Made by a program: the position numbers and the translations under genes
Notes under the pieces: model-generated
The model's input: only the letters and a program-made list of their open reading frames with translations
Database searches by the model: none
What the model was told of the DNA's origin: nothing
From: Octopus sinensis
Taxonomy: Eukaryota
Reading direction: 5' to 3'
Assembly (NCBI RefSeq): GCF_006345805.1
Contig: NC_043001.1
Location: forward strand, 120,838,001-120,902,000
Length of the DNA: 64,000 nt
In this document: positions 24,486 through 37,213 of the stretch, one piece after another
Position numbering within the stretch: position 1 is the stretch's first letter
Layout: the number at the start of each line of letters is the position of its first letter

Positions 24486-26049
24486 GTAAGAAAGTAACAA
24501 AATTACAATTAAAAATTAATTACACTTGTTTAATAAGTCTTTTAATCTGAACAGTCAATGTTGTGATGTTCTTTTCAATGTGATGGTTAGCCAAGCAGAT
24601 GTGAGATTTGAGGTCACACAACTTTACAAATTCTTTTTTTCTATTTTCTAAATTAGATATATGTAATACCATACCTTGATATAGCGTGAACTGAAATCCT
24701 TGTTGAAGGCCTCTGACATATGTAGTCATAGTTACTTACTTTAAGTCTTTTAATTTGGTTGGTCAAAGTTGTAATGTCACTTTGGTGTAGACATTAAAAC
24801 AGCTATATGGTTTATAACAGACATAGTGTTTGAATCCTGCAGGCAATGTTACAACTTTTTCCATTGTCTTTTATATTAGATACATATTTACTACAACAGT
24901 TTATGCTTGCTGATTTTGCTTTAAATTGCTTAGAAGAGGAAGGTCAGTGCCCATTAGCCCTTTTCAGCACCTCCAAGACAGGCAGGAGACTGAAAGGAAA
25001 GAAGTTATTCTCTGGCCAGAGATCTGGCCTGAATGCTTTCAGCCATGGACTTCATCAAAGCAGTCAAAAGCTAGGTGGTGGTGGTGTTTAACAGAGCAAC
25101 TGATTATATATGAACCACCCAAGAAGTGAACAGTCCCACTAAAATGTCCCAGTTTCCATCTACCAAATTTTACTTGTAAGGTGAGGTTGTGGCATAAGAC
25201 ACTTGTCCAAGGTACTATGCATTGTTGAGATTGAAGCCAAAGCTACATCACTGTCATTACTGTGTAACTTGAAATGGGGGAGTACCTGGCTCTATGATAT
25301 AGTGCATTACCAAATCCAGGAATCAAACCCACAACTTTATGATCATAAGCCCAACACTGTAACCACTGGGCCAAACACACAAGAGATGTGACAGTCCCAA
25401 GAAGAATGCCTTTGATCATGACCAAAGATCTGGGACTTAACTAAAACGGTAATTATTTGACTGTAAGTAATTCAACACTTGTTTAGTATGGAAGACTTCT
25501 TTACATGATTATTACAAGCTTCAGTGGAAGGCAGAATCTTTCTAGCAAAGGTCACCAACTCCTTCCGTTTTTTTGACATTTTATGAAGAACTACTGTTAT
25601 AACATCTATCTCAACTTCCATTATTTTTTTCTATCAAACATTGACTACTTGACCAAGAAGTTCATATACTTGACTAACCATCCAGAAATTGTAAAGTCAA
25701 CCACAGCCCAAGGCATTCAGTTATTTTATCAAAATCCGTTTTAGATTGAGTTCTCTATTAATACCGCTTCAGGAAAATACACCCACTTTTTACTTTTTTG
25801 CTTATTTTTATACTAGTTCTTAACATTTGAAATGTAACTTTTTAATATTTCATTCCTTTAGCCGAATTTTCAGACACTAGATTGACAGTAGAATATTAAG
25901 ATAGATTAAACATATAAAAACATAATAGTAACTGTATTTTATTGGCCATAACTGTAATATAGCAGAATTTTGTATGGATTTGGAGAACATGGGGTGGAAG
26001 GAGAGTGTTAGGTAGTTTCTTTTTTTTTTCCAGAAGTAGAGGTATTGTC

Positions 26050-26340
26050 CATGGTTTTTGCAGGCCATCTGAGAATGGTGAGATTGATACCATTAACAAT
26101 CTGCTTGAACTGCTACAAGTAGACATCTGCAGTAAAGAAATAGTTGAGAGGGAGTTCTAAAGGGCCAACATTCTAGGAAAGAAGAACTGAGTATATTGAT
26201 TAGTGCAGAGCCTGGTGGGTGGTGGGGTGCATAAATGGTTAATGAGAGAAAAAGATATGAGTGGGTCAAGAGTAACTGATTACAGTGTTATGAGACAAGC
26301 CAGCTCCAAGTAGCAGCAGCAGCATAGCTAGAGTGTGTGG
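26050..26340 (-). mobile_element. CR1/L2-type LINE 3' fragment, decayed
   Basis: Minus-strand translation TNQYTQFFFPRMLAL*NSLS resembles the RTxxYxxSFFPRTxxLWNSLP C-terminal motif of CR1/L2 ORF2. Confidence 0.5.
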
Positions 26341-27819
26341 TACCCAAGGCAGTTCTGTTTGCTTCCCCACTTCAGGCTCCAAACTATACAGGCTATACCA
26401 CACAGACCCAAAAGGTCTTCCCCCATAAAAGCATCACCCCGGTCAGATTGATTCTCTTTGCCCATCCCACCTCCAACTACACTACTGAATAGCAGAAACC
26501 ATTATAGTAACAGCAGCAAAAGCAGAGGGAAGATGATATTCTGTGGACCAGGGCTGGAGCATGTCAGTGTGTGACTTTATGCCAATTTCTCAAGTGGCCT
26601 TTCTCTGGAAGCAACCTAGGATGTCTGTATGTGCAACAGCAGCAACCATACCATCTACATGTGGCAGCAATACTCCAATGTGAGTTTCACCTGACTTTTA
26701 TGGAGCTGCTTCTAATATTGATGCCATTATCTTTGAGAACAAATGTTAAGAGTTAGTTCATTAGTTGTGGTTTTTGCAGTATAGAGCAAGTAAAACCAAA
26801 CATTTTCTTCATAAGATACTAATTAAATTTAGTTAACTTCCACAGAAGTTGGCTCACTGACTGACTGACCTTGGACAGCGATAATGACTTGACCTTAAGT
26901 AACAGAACACTTGCTTTATGAAGAAGACTTCTTTAGATGGCTATTTCAAGCTTCAGAAGAATACATAGTATTTTTTAAGGAAAAGTCATCAGCCAATAGA
27001 CTAGGTCAGAAATGACAAACCTATAATAGCTTTGTCATCAGTGGCAGACTTCACAATCTTAGGTGGGACACAATGGACTTTGAAGACAATTCTTCCCACA
27101 ATACAATGTTATATAAACCTTTTCTATAAACATTTATCTAAAACTAAAATACATGTTTCCTGTATATGACACTTCAGTGACAGAATTACTGAAGAAATTA
27201 AAATCTTGATATGCCAGACTAAAATGATTCTCCATCACTGACCGAGGTAAACTGAGGCATATTGAGTTGAATAGAGTTGAGTTTCTTGCAGTAAGAAACA
27301 ATAAAATACTTGCTACATAATATAAAACCCCAAGACCCATGAACCTAGAATCAAAGGCCTTATTAAAAACAATTTAGAGAGTTTGTTGTGAAGATAATTT
27401 GTCAAACTCTTTGATGTTCTAAGATTGTATAGTTGTATATTTTATAGTTTCAAAATGCTCTCTACCAGTCAGGAACAGCATGAAACCAAACATCTGGGAG
27501 GACATATTCTAAAATTATATTCAATATAGATATATGCATGTTTCACATCTTGTTTATTCATTAATATTCAACTTGCTTCATTGCATTTCTATTTCTGCAT
27601 TTTTATGCTGGTTGGACTTGAACATGCATTTTCTGGCAATATTCTTTGTTCAGATGCCTCTTTCTGGTGCCAATTCTTTTTTTACTTTTAAGTAAGGTGT
27701 TTTATTCCACTGGTTTTTGTGTATCAAGCTACAAAACTGCAGGATATAAACAAATGTCTCCACTACCGAAGCAGCTGTGTCAATGTGAAGCAATGTGGAG
27801 AGAAACACACATCTATCTA

Positions 27820-27823
<4 letters not shown>

Positions 27824-27895
<72 letters not shown>
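27824..27895. repeat. (TA)n microsatellite
   Basis: About 35 uninterrupted TA units. Confidence 0.95.
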
Positions 27896-27899
<4 letters not shown>

Positions 27900-28184
27900 T
27901 ATATATAGTGATAGGAAAGGCATCTGGCTCAAAACGTGTCTGTCCAACCTATTCTGTGTGAAAAAAACATGTCCGTTTTTTTCATGCAGAATGAGTTGGA
28001 GGGATATATATGAATATGTGAAAGGCTTCCACACAGTTTTTTACTGAACAAATTTCCCTCACAAGGTATTGGTTATCCCAAGACTAAAATAAAAGACATT
28101 TGTTAAAGGTGCCATGCAGTGGGATGGAACCCAAAGCCATGTGGTTGCAAAGCAAACTTTTTAACCACATATTCATGCTTCCAC

Positions 28185-28400
28185 ACAAGAAGAGAAATTT
28201 CAAATGTGGAAGCAAGGTCTGGAATCTAAGGGCCTTGGAGTTAATTTAACAAAGACCAAAATTCCTAGTGGGGAAACAGACAAATCACAAATCTCTTCAG
28301 GGACATGGCCCTACTTAATTCTCAATAAGAAAGGTGTTGGTTGAAACTCCAAACAGTGTACCCAATGCAAGATATGGATACATAAGAGCCAAGTATCACC
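28185..28400 (+). mobile_element. RTE-like LINE fragment (end of RT plus Cys-rich segment)
   Basis: EEKFQMWKQGLESKGLGVNLTKTK...KGVG*NSKQCTQCKIWIHK. Confidence 0.75.
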
Positions 28401-29175
28401 TCAGTAATAAGAGGGCTACCTCTGTCATGTTCTAATCTCTTGGTTCCACTCCCTCTCTTAGCTGAGAGGTCCTTGTCTTGCAAACTTGCAGGTGTTGGTG
28501 CAATATAAAAACACCCATTTTGGTGCCAAGAAAAAAAGCATCCATGCTGGTGCCGCACAATAAGTGCCTGTGCCAGTACCAAGTAAAAAGGACCCAGGTC
28601 ACTGACATAAAAAGCACCCATACTGCTAAACTGCTTTGTCTAGATTTAAGGTTTCTCCTACAAATAACATGAGTGCTTTCTTATGGCACCTTCTATTCAA
28701 CCACATAAAATTTATTCTTCCAGATTAGACAACCACCATTGATAAGCTAACAATAAAATTGAAACTGCATATGTACTTAAAAATGTGGTCACAATACTTC
28801 AAAAGCATCAACAGATTTTTCTTGCCTGATGAACATCTTCAAGTTGTTTTCTTTCAAACTGTTTCAATGTTTATTGAATCTTTACTCTGAATCAGTCAGC
28901 AACCATGACAGGGGTGGGACTAAATTATTGTTTGAAATATGTAGAATATACTAACTATAACCTCCTTCTAGCTTTAAAAGAAAGAATTCTAAAGAAAAAT
29001 CTCAGAATTATCCTTTTGTAAACCCAAGATTTCTTAATGCTATACATTTCTTAATACTGTACATAGATAACATATTGTTTAGAAAATTATTTATTATATG
29101 TTCATGAACGTATTTTTGCATGAAGGTGTTTGTATAGCTTATAATGAGTTGGCATTTTTGCTATTCACCGTTCAG

Positions 29176-29259
29176 GTAATACATCCTAAAAATGATGAAC
29201 AAAGAAAACGATTGAATGAGGCAACAAGGAATATTTTGCTGTTTAGAAATTTGGAGCCA
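29176..29259 (+). CDS. PRKAR2: PKA-RII exon (84 nt): VIHPKNDEQRKRLNEATRNILLFRNLEP
   Basis: AG 29174-29175, donor GTAAGT 29260; matches the RII motif VIHPKxDEQRxRLxEAxxxILLFxNL. Confidence 0.96.
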
Positions 29260-29595
29260 GTAAGTAATTGAAAAACAAATCTTTTTCTTCTATCTTTCAA
29301 ATTTTAAAATAAACACTAAAAAATACAGATTCTACCTCTATTTTCTTATTCTTTTTCGTATTTTCCTTTTTCAAAAGCAAAAATATAAGAATATTATATT
29401 TATAAATAAAAACAAAATGTCAATACTGTCCTGTATTTGTTATAGCTGCCTGAAGCTGGGAAAATTAACAGCTGACTGCTAAACATGTTATAAAGACAAT
29501 ACAGCAAACTTAAAATCAAAACGTTCTTGAATGCACAAACAGCATTTTTCTAATTCATTTTATTTTATCCTTTAATGTTCTGTTTTGCTTCATTC

Positions 29596-29627
<32 letters not shown>

Positions 29628-30160
29628 CCTCTAGTTCTGGAAGCATTATTTCGAAGAACATTTAGGAAACTTGAAATTTGAAACCAGAATTGGTGTATTT
29701 TTTAATATTTTTTTTAATGTTGAAGAAACCACTGCATTATTCTTTTAAGTGGTGATGTCATATTCTATTTGTTTTATTGTAATTTTTCCAATAAAGGAAT
29801 GGTTATCAATGAAGTAAGTTGAATTGTGTTTTTCTAAATATATCAGTGCCTCTGAGCTCTTGAACTATTAATTAACTGGGATGTTCTAAGAAAGAACAAA
29901 AAAATATCCATTTATAATCTTGGTAGAGATGTTGAAATATTTTAATGGCCTACTTTCTCAAAAATATTAAGAGAAAGATTTGGAGAGAGTGGACTTTTTG
30001 TTCTAAGGCAACCATTTCTTTGCTTGCTTGGCTCTGCTTAAAATGTGACATCACTTTGAAAATTTTTAAATGGAACGTGTGGTGGTCAGTATATTTGTAC
30101 TGTATTACTACTTCCACTTAGGTTTTTAGTTGGACTGCAGTCTGAATCAAGAGAACACAT

Positions 30161-30788
30161 AATCAATCAATCAATCAATCACTCACTCAATCAATCAATC
30201 ACTCAATCAATCACTCACTCACTCACTCACTCACTCACTCACTCACTCATCACTCACTCACTCACTCACTCACTCACTCACTCCTCACTCACTCACTCAC
30301 TCACTCACTCACTCACTCACTCACTCACTCACTCACTCACTCACTACTCACTCACTCACTCACTCACTCATCACTCACTCACTCACTCACTCACTCACTC
30401 ACTCACTCACTCACTCCTCACTCACTCACTCACTCACTCACTCACTCCTCACTCACTCACTCACTCACTCTCACTCACTCACTCACTCACTCACTCACTC
30501 ACTCACTCACTCACTCACTACTCACTCACTCACTCACTCACTCACTCACTCACTCACTCACTCCTCACTCACTCACTCACTCACTCACTCACTCACTCAC
30601 TCACTCACTCCTCACTCACTCACCACTCACTCACTCCACTCACTCACTCACTCACTCACTCACTCACTCACTCACTCACTCACTCACTCACTCACTCACT
30701 CCTCACTCACTCACTCACTCACTCACTCACTCACTCACTCACTCACTCATCACTACTCACTCACTCACTCACTCACTCACTCACTCAC

Positions 30789-30819
<31 letters not shown>

Positions 30820-30822
30820 CTC
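30161..30822. repeat. compound tetranucleotide array (AATC)n-(ACTC)n-(AATC)n, about 660 bp
   Basis: Read directly from the sequence. Confidence 0.97.
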
Positions 30823-32039
30823 TATATATAAAATGATACTGTTACATTTATTTAACAGCATCGTTATTAGGCAAACAAATGGTGGGAATATGGTTGCTTT
30901 ACATACTAGAAATAGTAGCCAAATGTTCCTAAAACCCTTTCCACCTTAAAAAAAAATGAAACACATTGGATGACATAGACTTATAAATGACTAAGGTAAT
31001 CATAGAACTGATTTGGAGCCAAGCAGCAACAACACTCTAAATTGGAACTAAGTTAGGTGATGAATTAGAAGGGACATTAGAGTGTTGGACAAAATGCTCA
31101 ACAGTATTCATTCCAGCACCTTGCATTTTGAATTGAAATCCCACTGAAACTAACTCTGCCTTTCGTCTTTCTGGAGCTGGTAAAGTACGAGTCTAGGATG
31201 GTGGTGAACTAGTGGAATCCTTAGAGCATCAAACAGGATGTTGTACAGTATTTATTCCTGCTCTTGGCTTATATGTGTGTGTGTGTGTGTGTGTTTAAGC
31301 TCTTAGCTACAGACACACCACTTGCTGATATTTTACGGAAGTATGAGACATCAAAATTATAGAGTAAAGGAAATTGTATGCTGCAATATTGATGCCTTTC
31401 TGAAGAGCTTTGACAATACACATGAAATAACCATAACAAGGAATCAAAACTGTATTGCAGATTCATCTCTGTTCATGCTTCCCTTCAATTTACAGCACAA
31501 ATTTATTGATTCTACCAGTGTACTCTGCATGACCTGTTTAAGTGATAAACTTAATTCATCATCTAGTTTTACCCACTACTTGGTCCTTTAGTAAGGATCA
31601 TTCTGTAGTAAAGCGTTCAAACCAGGCCTTTAATTTTAGGACCCCTTTCTCCCTTTTCCCATCGGTTTTAGAGGCTCTGTAAAAGTTTATGGACATTACC
31701 TTTCTCTCCTTACTAAGCAATAAACATTTTTTAAAAGAAATTGGTCAATAGGTTCCTTGAGTTAGCAAACTACCACACTCTATAATTGATGACTGGCTTT
31801 CATCATTGTGTTCAAATTCTGCCATGAACATGAAACATGGTGGGATATGGTCTTCACCAGAGTCACTTTTACAAAGTACACTATGTATTGACACAGTCTT
31901 CTAATCTTCTAAATGGTAGCTCATCACCTACTGCAATGTTAATTGTTTTTCTCGTTTTCGTTCCGTGTCACTCATTTTATGTAAATGCCGTTTATATTAG
32001 AGAGATCATGTGTAATTAGATATCTTTTTTTCATTGCAG

Positions 32040-32081
32040 GAAAGATTACTGAATGTTGTTGATGCAATGTTTGAAAGAAAG
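32040..32081 (+). CDS. PRKAR2: PKA-RII exon (42 nt): ERLLNVVDAMFERK
   Basis: TTGCAG acceptor 32038-32039, donor GTAATT 32082; DAMFER motif of CNB-A. Confidence 0.93.
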
Positions 32082-34585
32082 GTAATTATCTTATACTTGC
32101 AATAGTCTAAGAAATGTGTTTCTGATTGATTCAATATTTTATCGTTTAATCTCAGTTCACTAATTACACAGGTCTATTGTCAGAGTTGTACCAGTTGCGA
32201 ACAACCACGCTATTTCTTTTTTTAATCTTTTTCAAAGTAATACATCTAAGATTACATTATTGAATGTGTAATCCCTTTTAGGATGAGACTGTGGATGGAG
32301 GGAGGTGTTGGCTGCTGTTCCCAGCAGGTTGAGCAGTACTGAGCTACCTCATTGTCTCATGTTAGATTGAATTGGTTAACATTTTTTTTATAGATTTTAA
32401 CAGATATAAAAAAATGTTTACACTAGAAGATCTTCTTATTAAAGGAAAGCTTTGGTGTAATCAGTTTATATTGTTTGAAGTATTGCAACAAATGAATCAA
32501 AAGATCCAATATTTATAAATAATACAACATAGGGCATAGGTATGACTGGTTGTATGGCAAGAAGTTTGCTTCCCTACCATGTGGTTTCGGGCTCTCTCCC
32601 ACTGCATAGCCACTTGAGCAATTGTCTTCTATTAAACAATGACGATGATGATGTCACACTTGCAATCAGAGCTCTCACAAGCTCAAGCCAGAGCGAAACC
32701 ATCTGATCCTCCTTCAGATCCAAAGGATAAGAGAGCAAACAACACCCAAGAACGCTACACTGGGTACAATCTATATAATGTGAAGTCAATGATGGAGCTT
32801 CTGTGTGATTACTTGATCTGCTAGAACTAGCAGCAAAATCTCCTTCATAGCAAACCCTACAGGATAATGTTGTCCAGAGTACACTAAAATAAAGTATCAA
32901 TCAAGGACAGTGGATTGGTAAAATTGAGAGAACATCAGAAAAGATAGCTTGTGGTATTTGTTCTAGTTCTTTGTATTCTGAGTTCTTAAGTGGTGGAATT
33001 AATGCATCACCTGGTTTACCACCATCACCTGACCCCTGGATGTCTACAACAAAGTTCACTGTAGTGGAAACAATCAAGATCAGATTTCAACTTGAGGATA
33101 ATTTTCTCCTGTCCTCCTCCCAGTTTCAGAGTCTCTTAAAAGTTAAGGGCTATGGGCTCTGCTCTTACTTCTCTAACTAAATTTAAATGGTAAAACAATG
33201 TACCTGAAAAAAAGATGAAATTATCATTGCTGGAGTTTCTGCTTGGTTATATAAAGCTCAAAAAGTAAAGTTGATTTTAGAGAGTTGGGGTGGGGGTTTC
33301 AAAGTATAAAAGGACAAAAAAACATACTATGAGGTTGTGGAGTGAAGAAAGACACCTCATAAGCACATGGGTCTGGGTTTGATCCTATTGCATGGTGCTT
33401 CGGGCAAGTTTCTTCTCCCAAAGCCTTCGGCTGACCAATGCCTTGAGTAGATTAATATCCTTTGTTACAACTCCCAAGGCTTGCATGTCTTTCTCCACCC
33501 AAAACGCTTGCTTGTTTGTTCACTCCTCTGACTGCATATCAGGCTGGCTTCTTTGTCCTTCCTTTTCCATCTCATTTTAATCATTTATAATCATTCAGCT
33601 CTCAGCTTTCATTTGTAGGTACAATCCAGTTATATGGCTTTATCCTTTTCAGCACCCAGTAGTCCTAAGCAAATTCTAGAAACCAAAACTTTCATAAATT
33701 GTATGACTATCTGTTTTTTCTTTTTTTTTTTTCTTTTTTTTTTATTTGTTCTGATCTTGTTGGATGGCAAGATTGGCAAAATAAAAGAACATGTAAAATG
33801 ATATACGGCATTTAGGTATATGAAATTTATATTCAAATTCTGAGTTCAAACCTTGCTAGGGTTGATTTTGATTTTCATCTATCTAGGGTGTCAATAAAAT
33901 ACCAGTAATTGACTGTGAGATAATTCAATTAACTATATGATTTCTTCAACACATTTATGACTTTTTCTCCAATGTTAAAAACCTTCACTATTCTTCAGTT
34001 TATCTAGGGTTTTTCACTGTGTACTCCCTGATGACCATAAACTTTTGTAATGGGAAGGAAGAGGAAGGACAAACAAGCCAGCTTGATGATTTGAGACACA
34101 AGCAAGCCATATAAGTGGAAACAGACAAGTGATTGAACATATTGATCCACTCAAGGCATTAACCTGCTCAGAGCTCTGTAGAAGAAACTTGCCTGGGGCA
34201 CCATGCAATAGGATCGAACACAGACCCATATATGGTTGCAAAGTGAACTTCTTCACCACAAAACCATGCCTCTTAATATGCATTTTTGTCTTTCACTGTG
34301 CTCATATTGGTGAACTTCATAGTAGGACAGCAGTCCTCAAGTGTTGCTATGAGACTTAAATGGGGTTTAGCTTCATCCAAAGCCTACATATTATATTGGT
34401 TGTTGTTACTTAGTTGCAAATGGGCCCTAATCAAGCAGAAACTCCAGCAATGATAAGGGGATTCAGTTGACATAAAGCAATGCCTTTCATAATTAATTTC
34501 ATGTCTATATTCTATATTCTCACTCAGTTAAATGTAAGCAGATAATTTCCATAGTTCCTAATTAGTATTGTTGTTGTTGTTATAG

Positions 34586-34650
34586 GTAGAACAAGGAGAG
34601 AAAGTGATTCATCAAGGCGATGATGGGGACAACTTCTATGTGATTGACAG
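34586..34650 (+). CDS. PRKAR2: PKA-RII exon (65 nt): VEQGEKVIHQGDDGDNFYVID(S)
   Basis: AG 34584-34585, donor GTTTGT 34651; QGDDGDNFYVI motif of CNB-A. Confidence 0.96.
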
Positions 34651-34708
34651 GTTTGTATAAAGTACTCTCATCACTTGCTTTCTAATAAACATCTGAATAG
34701 TTGCTGTA

Positions 34709-34739
<31 letters not shown>

Positions 34740-36132
34740 ACCATGTGTTTCTTTTTTAATTATAACAACACTGTGCATAGTTTATTCCACTCTCACACAC
34801 TTCATGTTGTGAGTCAAAAAGAATTTTTAATTCATTGTAATAAAAACAAAGTTATTAAACAATTTCTGTAAAAGAAAGTAAGGGAGGATACTCAGACATT
34901 TAAATTAAAAGCTAAATGAATAATTCCACAAGGAGTCAGATGTTTGTTAGTTGTGGTGACAACTATGGACATGTTTCGGTTTTATTAGAAACTCATCATT
35001 AAAGTATTGTCTAGTATTATACATCACAGCTTTTTATTTGACCCCCACCCTACCCAACCCCAGAAGACATGTGCCAAAGTGATCACTAGGAGAGGAGAAA
35101 TTCAGCATTTTCAGATAGAGTTCTTCATCAGCCAAGTAGAAGGTCTACAACCAAACAATCAGGTCCTTCCTTTCCTCTTCACGACATGCTTAATCCAATT
35201 TGTCTGGGGATTTTTATACAAAGATTCTGCTATTTTCTTCAATGTAACAATTATATGTTCATCACCAGCTTTTGTTTTATTTTTTAACTGTTAGTTTGAA
35301 TGCTAGAGGCAAGGCCAAAATGTTAAGAAGTTCACTTTGTAGTCATAAGGTACCAAGTTCAATCTCATTCTATGGCATCTTGTCAAATGTTTTGAGTCAA
35401 CTCAAGTCTTGTGAATGAAACTGGGGAGATGGAAACTGTTTGAAAGCCTTCAGATAGATTGTACATGTAATTTAAGGGACCACCGTATTAGTACACTATA
35501 TCACACTGATGTTAATGATCCATGTGGGTGCGAAATACTCACATGTTAATTCAAAGAGCAGACCATTCAATTGATGGAAAAACTGAAACATTCATAATAA
35601 AAACCCAGTGGAATGCCTCTAGCCATCAAACTAATTGTTTATACATTTGCTACATTAACACAGAACATTACTTGGAGCTGCAATCACTGCAAGTGTTAAA
35701 AATCACTTGTTATAGACTCCGCAGAATCTACGGAAAATAATGATGGTCTGCATCAACAAATGATTTAATAAGTATGGAATAAGAGGAAAGGAAGGACCTG
35801 ATTGTTTTGATGTAGACCTTCTACTTGGCTGTTGAAAGATTCTATCTGAAATGCTGAATTTCTCCTCTTCTGGTGATAACTTTGGCACACGTCTTCTGGG
35901 GGTGGCGGCGGGTCAAACAAAAAGCTGGGATGTTTATAACTTTCCTGTGGACATAAACCAGAATAATTAAAGTGGGTTAGAAACAACTTTGTTCTGAAGC
36001 TGCATACTGGAACGAGAATTTCTCTACCTAATCATTAATGCTAAATATTTGTGTTGCCAATGTGGAAAAGTAAACAAACCAAGCAGGCCAATAGTTTAGT
36101 ACAGAAATAAGCACCTAGATTTATTCCCTCTA

Positions 36133-36415
36133 GGTACCACATCTGATATCCCATTTTAAACTGTTCACATTTTTAGGGACCAAATCTGACATCCTGTTTT
36201 TAACTATTCCCCTTTGAAGGGTGAACAGATAAAAATGTTCACTCTTCAAGCATGAACATTTCAGCCATTCACCCTTTAAGGTACCAAATCTGACATCCCA
36301 TTTTTAACCATTCACCCTTGACGGGTGAACAGATAAATGTGTTTGCCCTTCAAAGGTGAACATTTCAACCATTCATCTTTCAAGGTATCACATCTGACAT
36401 TTCATTTTAAAGGGA
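36133..36415. repeat. 104-bp tandem repeat with internal inverted motifs
   Basis: Unit starts GG(T/G)A(C/T)CA(C/A)ATCTGA at 36133, 36176, 36280 and 36384. Confidence 0.85.
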
Positions 36416-36481
36416 CATTTTTCTTTATAACTTCTTTTAATAAAAAAAAAACAATTGAGTGTTTATAAAATTTATTTGCAG

Positions 36482-36635
36482 TGGACAGTATGATGTTTAT
36501 GTCGAAGTAGATGGACGTCATAAAAAAGTTGGAGAATATGATGGACAAGGCTTTTTTGGAGAATTAGCTCTTATGTACAATGTCCCACGAGCAGCCACTG
36601 TGGTCTGCTCTGCACCAGGCTCTGTATGGGCTTTA
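36482..36635 (+). CDS. PRKAR2: PKA-RII exon (154 nt): CNB-A phosphate-binding cassette GFFGELALMYNVPRAATV...VWAL
   Basis: AG 36480-36481, donor GTAAGT 36636; canonical FGELALxxNxPRAAT cassette. Confidence 0.97.
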
Positions 36636-36790
36636 GTAAGTTGATTTTATTTGTTATTACACTGGTGCTTTTTTCCTTTTATTCATTTTAAAGTATTGCA
36701 TTTAATAATTTTTTTACACATACTAATAGGAAGGGAATATATTTGCATGAACTTTGAATCACTGATTTTCATATGTATATGTTATCTGTT

Positions 36791-37112
36791 GTGGAGGCAC
36801 AATGGCCCAGTGGTTAGGGCAGCAGACTCGCGGTCAGAGGATCATGGTTTCAATTCACAGACTGGGTGTTGTGTGTGTGTATTGAGCAAAAACACCTAAA
36901 AAAGCTCCACGAGGCTCTGCCAGGGGGTGGTGGCGAACCCTGTTGTACTCTTTTGCCACAACTTTCTCTCACTCTCTCTTCCTGTTTCTTGAGTAATGCT
37001 GTGATCAACTGGCGTCCCGTCCAGATGTGGGGGGGGAACACATACATCACAGAAACCGGGAAACCGAGCCCATGAGCCTGGCTAGGCTTGAAAAGCGTGA
37101 CGTTTATCGTTT
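36791..37112 (+). mobile_element. tRNA-derived SINE (third family) with 13-bp target-site duplication
   Basis: A-box TGGCCCAGTGG; TSD TATGTTATCTGTT at 36778-36790 and 37113-37125. Confidence 0.85.
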
Positions 37113-37181
37113 TATGTTATCTGTTACTTGTTTCAGTCGTTAAACCATGGCCAGTATATTGAACAATTTATTTATATATAA

Positions 37182-37213
<32 letters not shown>

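Noticed and set aside
27020-27060. CTGATGA on the minus strand with a TGACAAA/TTTGTCA hairpin; other CTGATGA hits near 18495, 26990, 28826, 34032 and 39216
   Set aside because: No GAAA, stem III or stem I closure, so these are not hammerheads.
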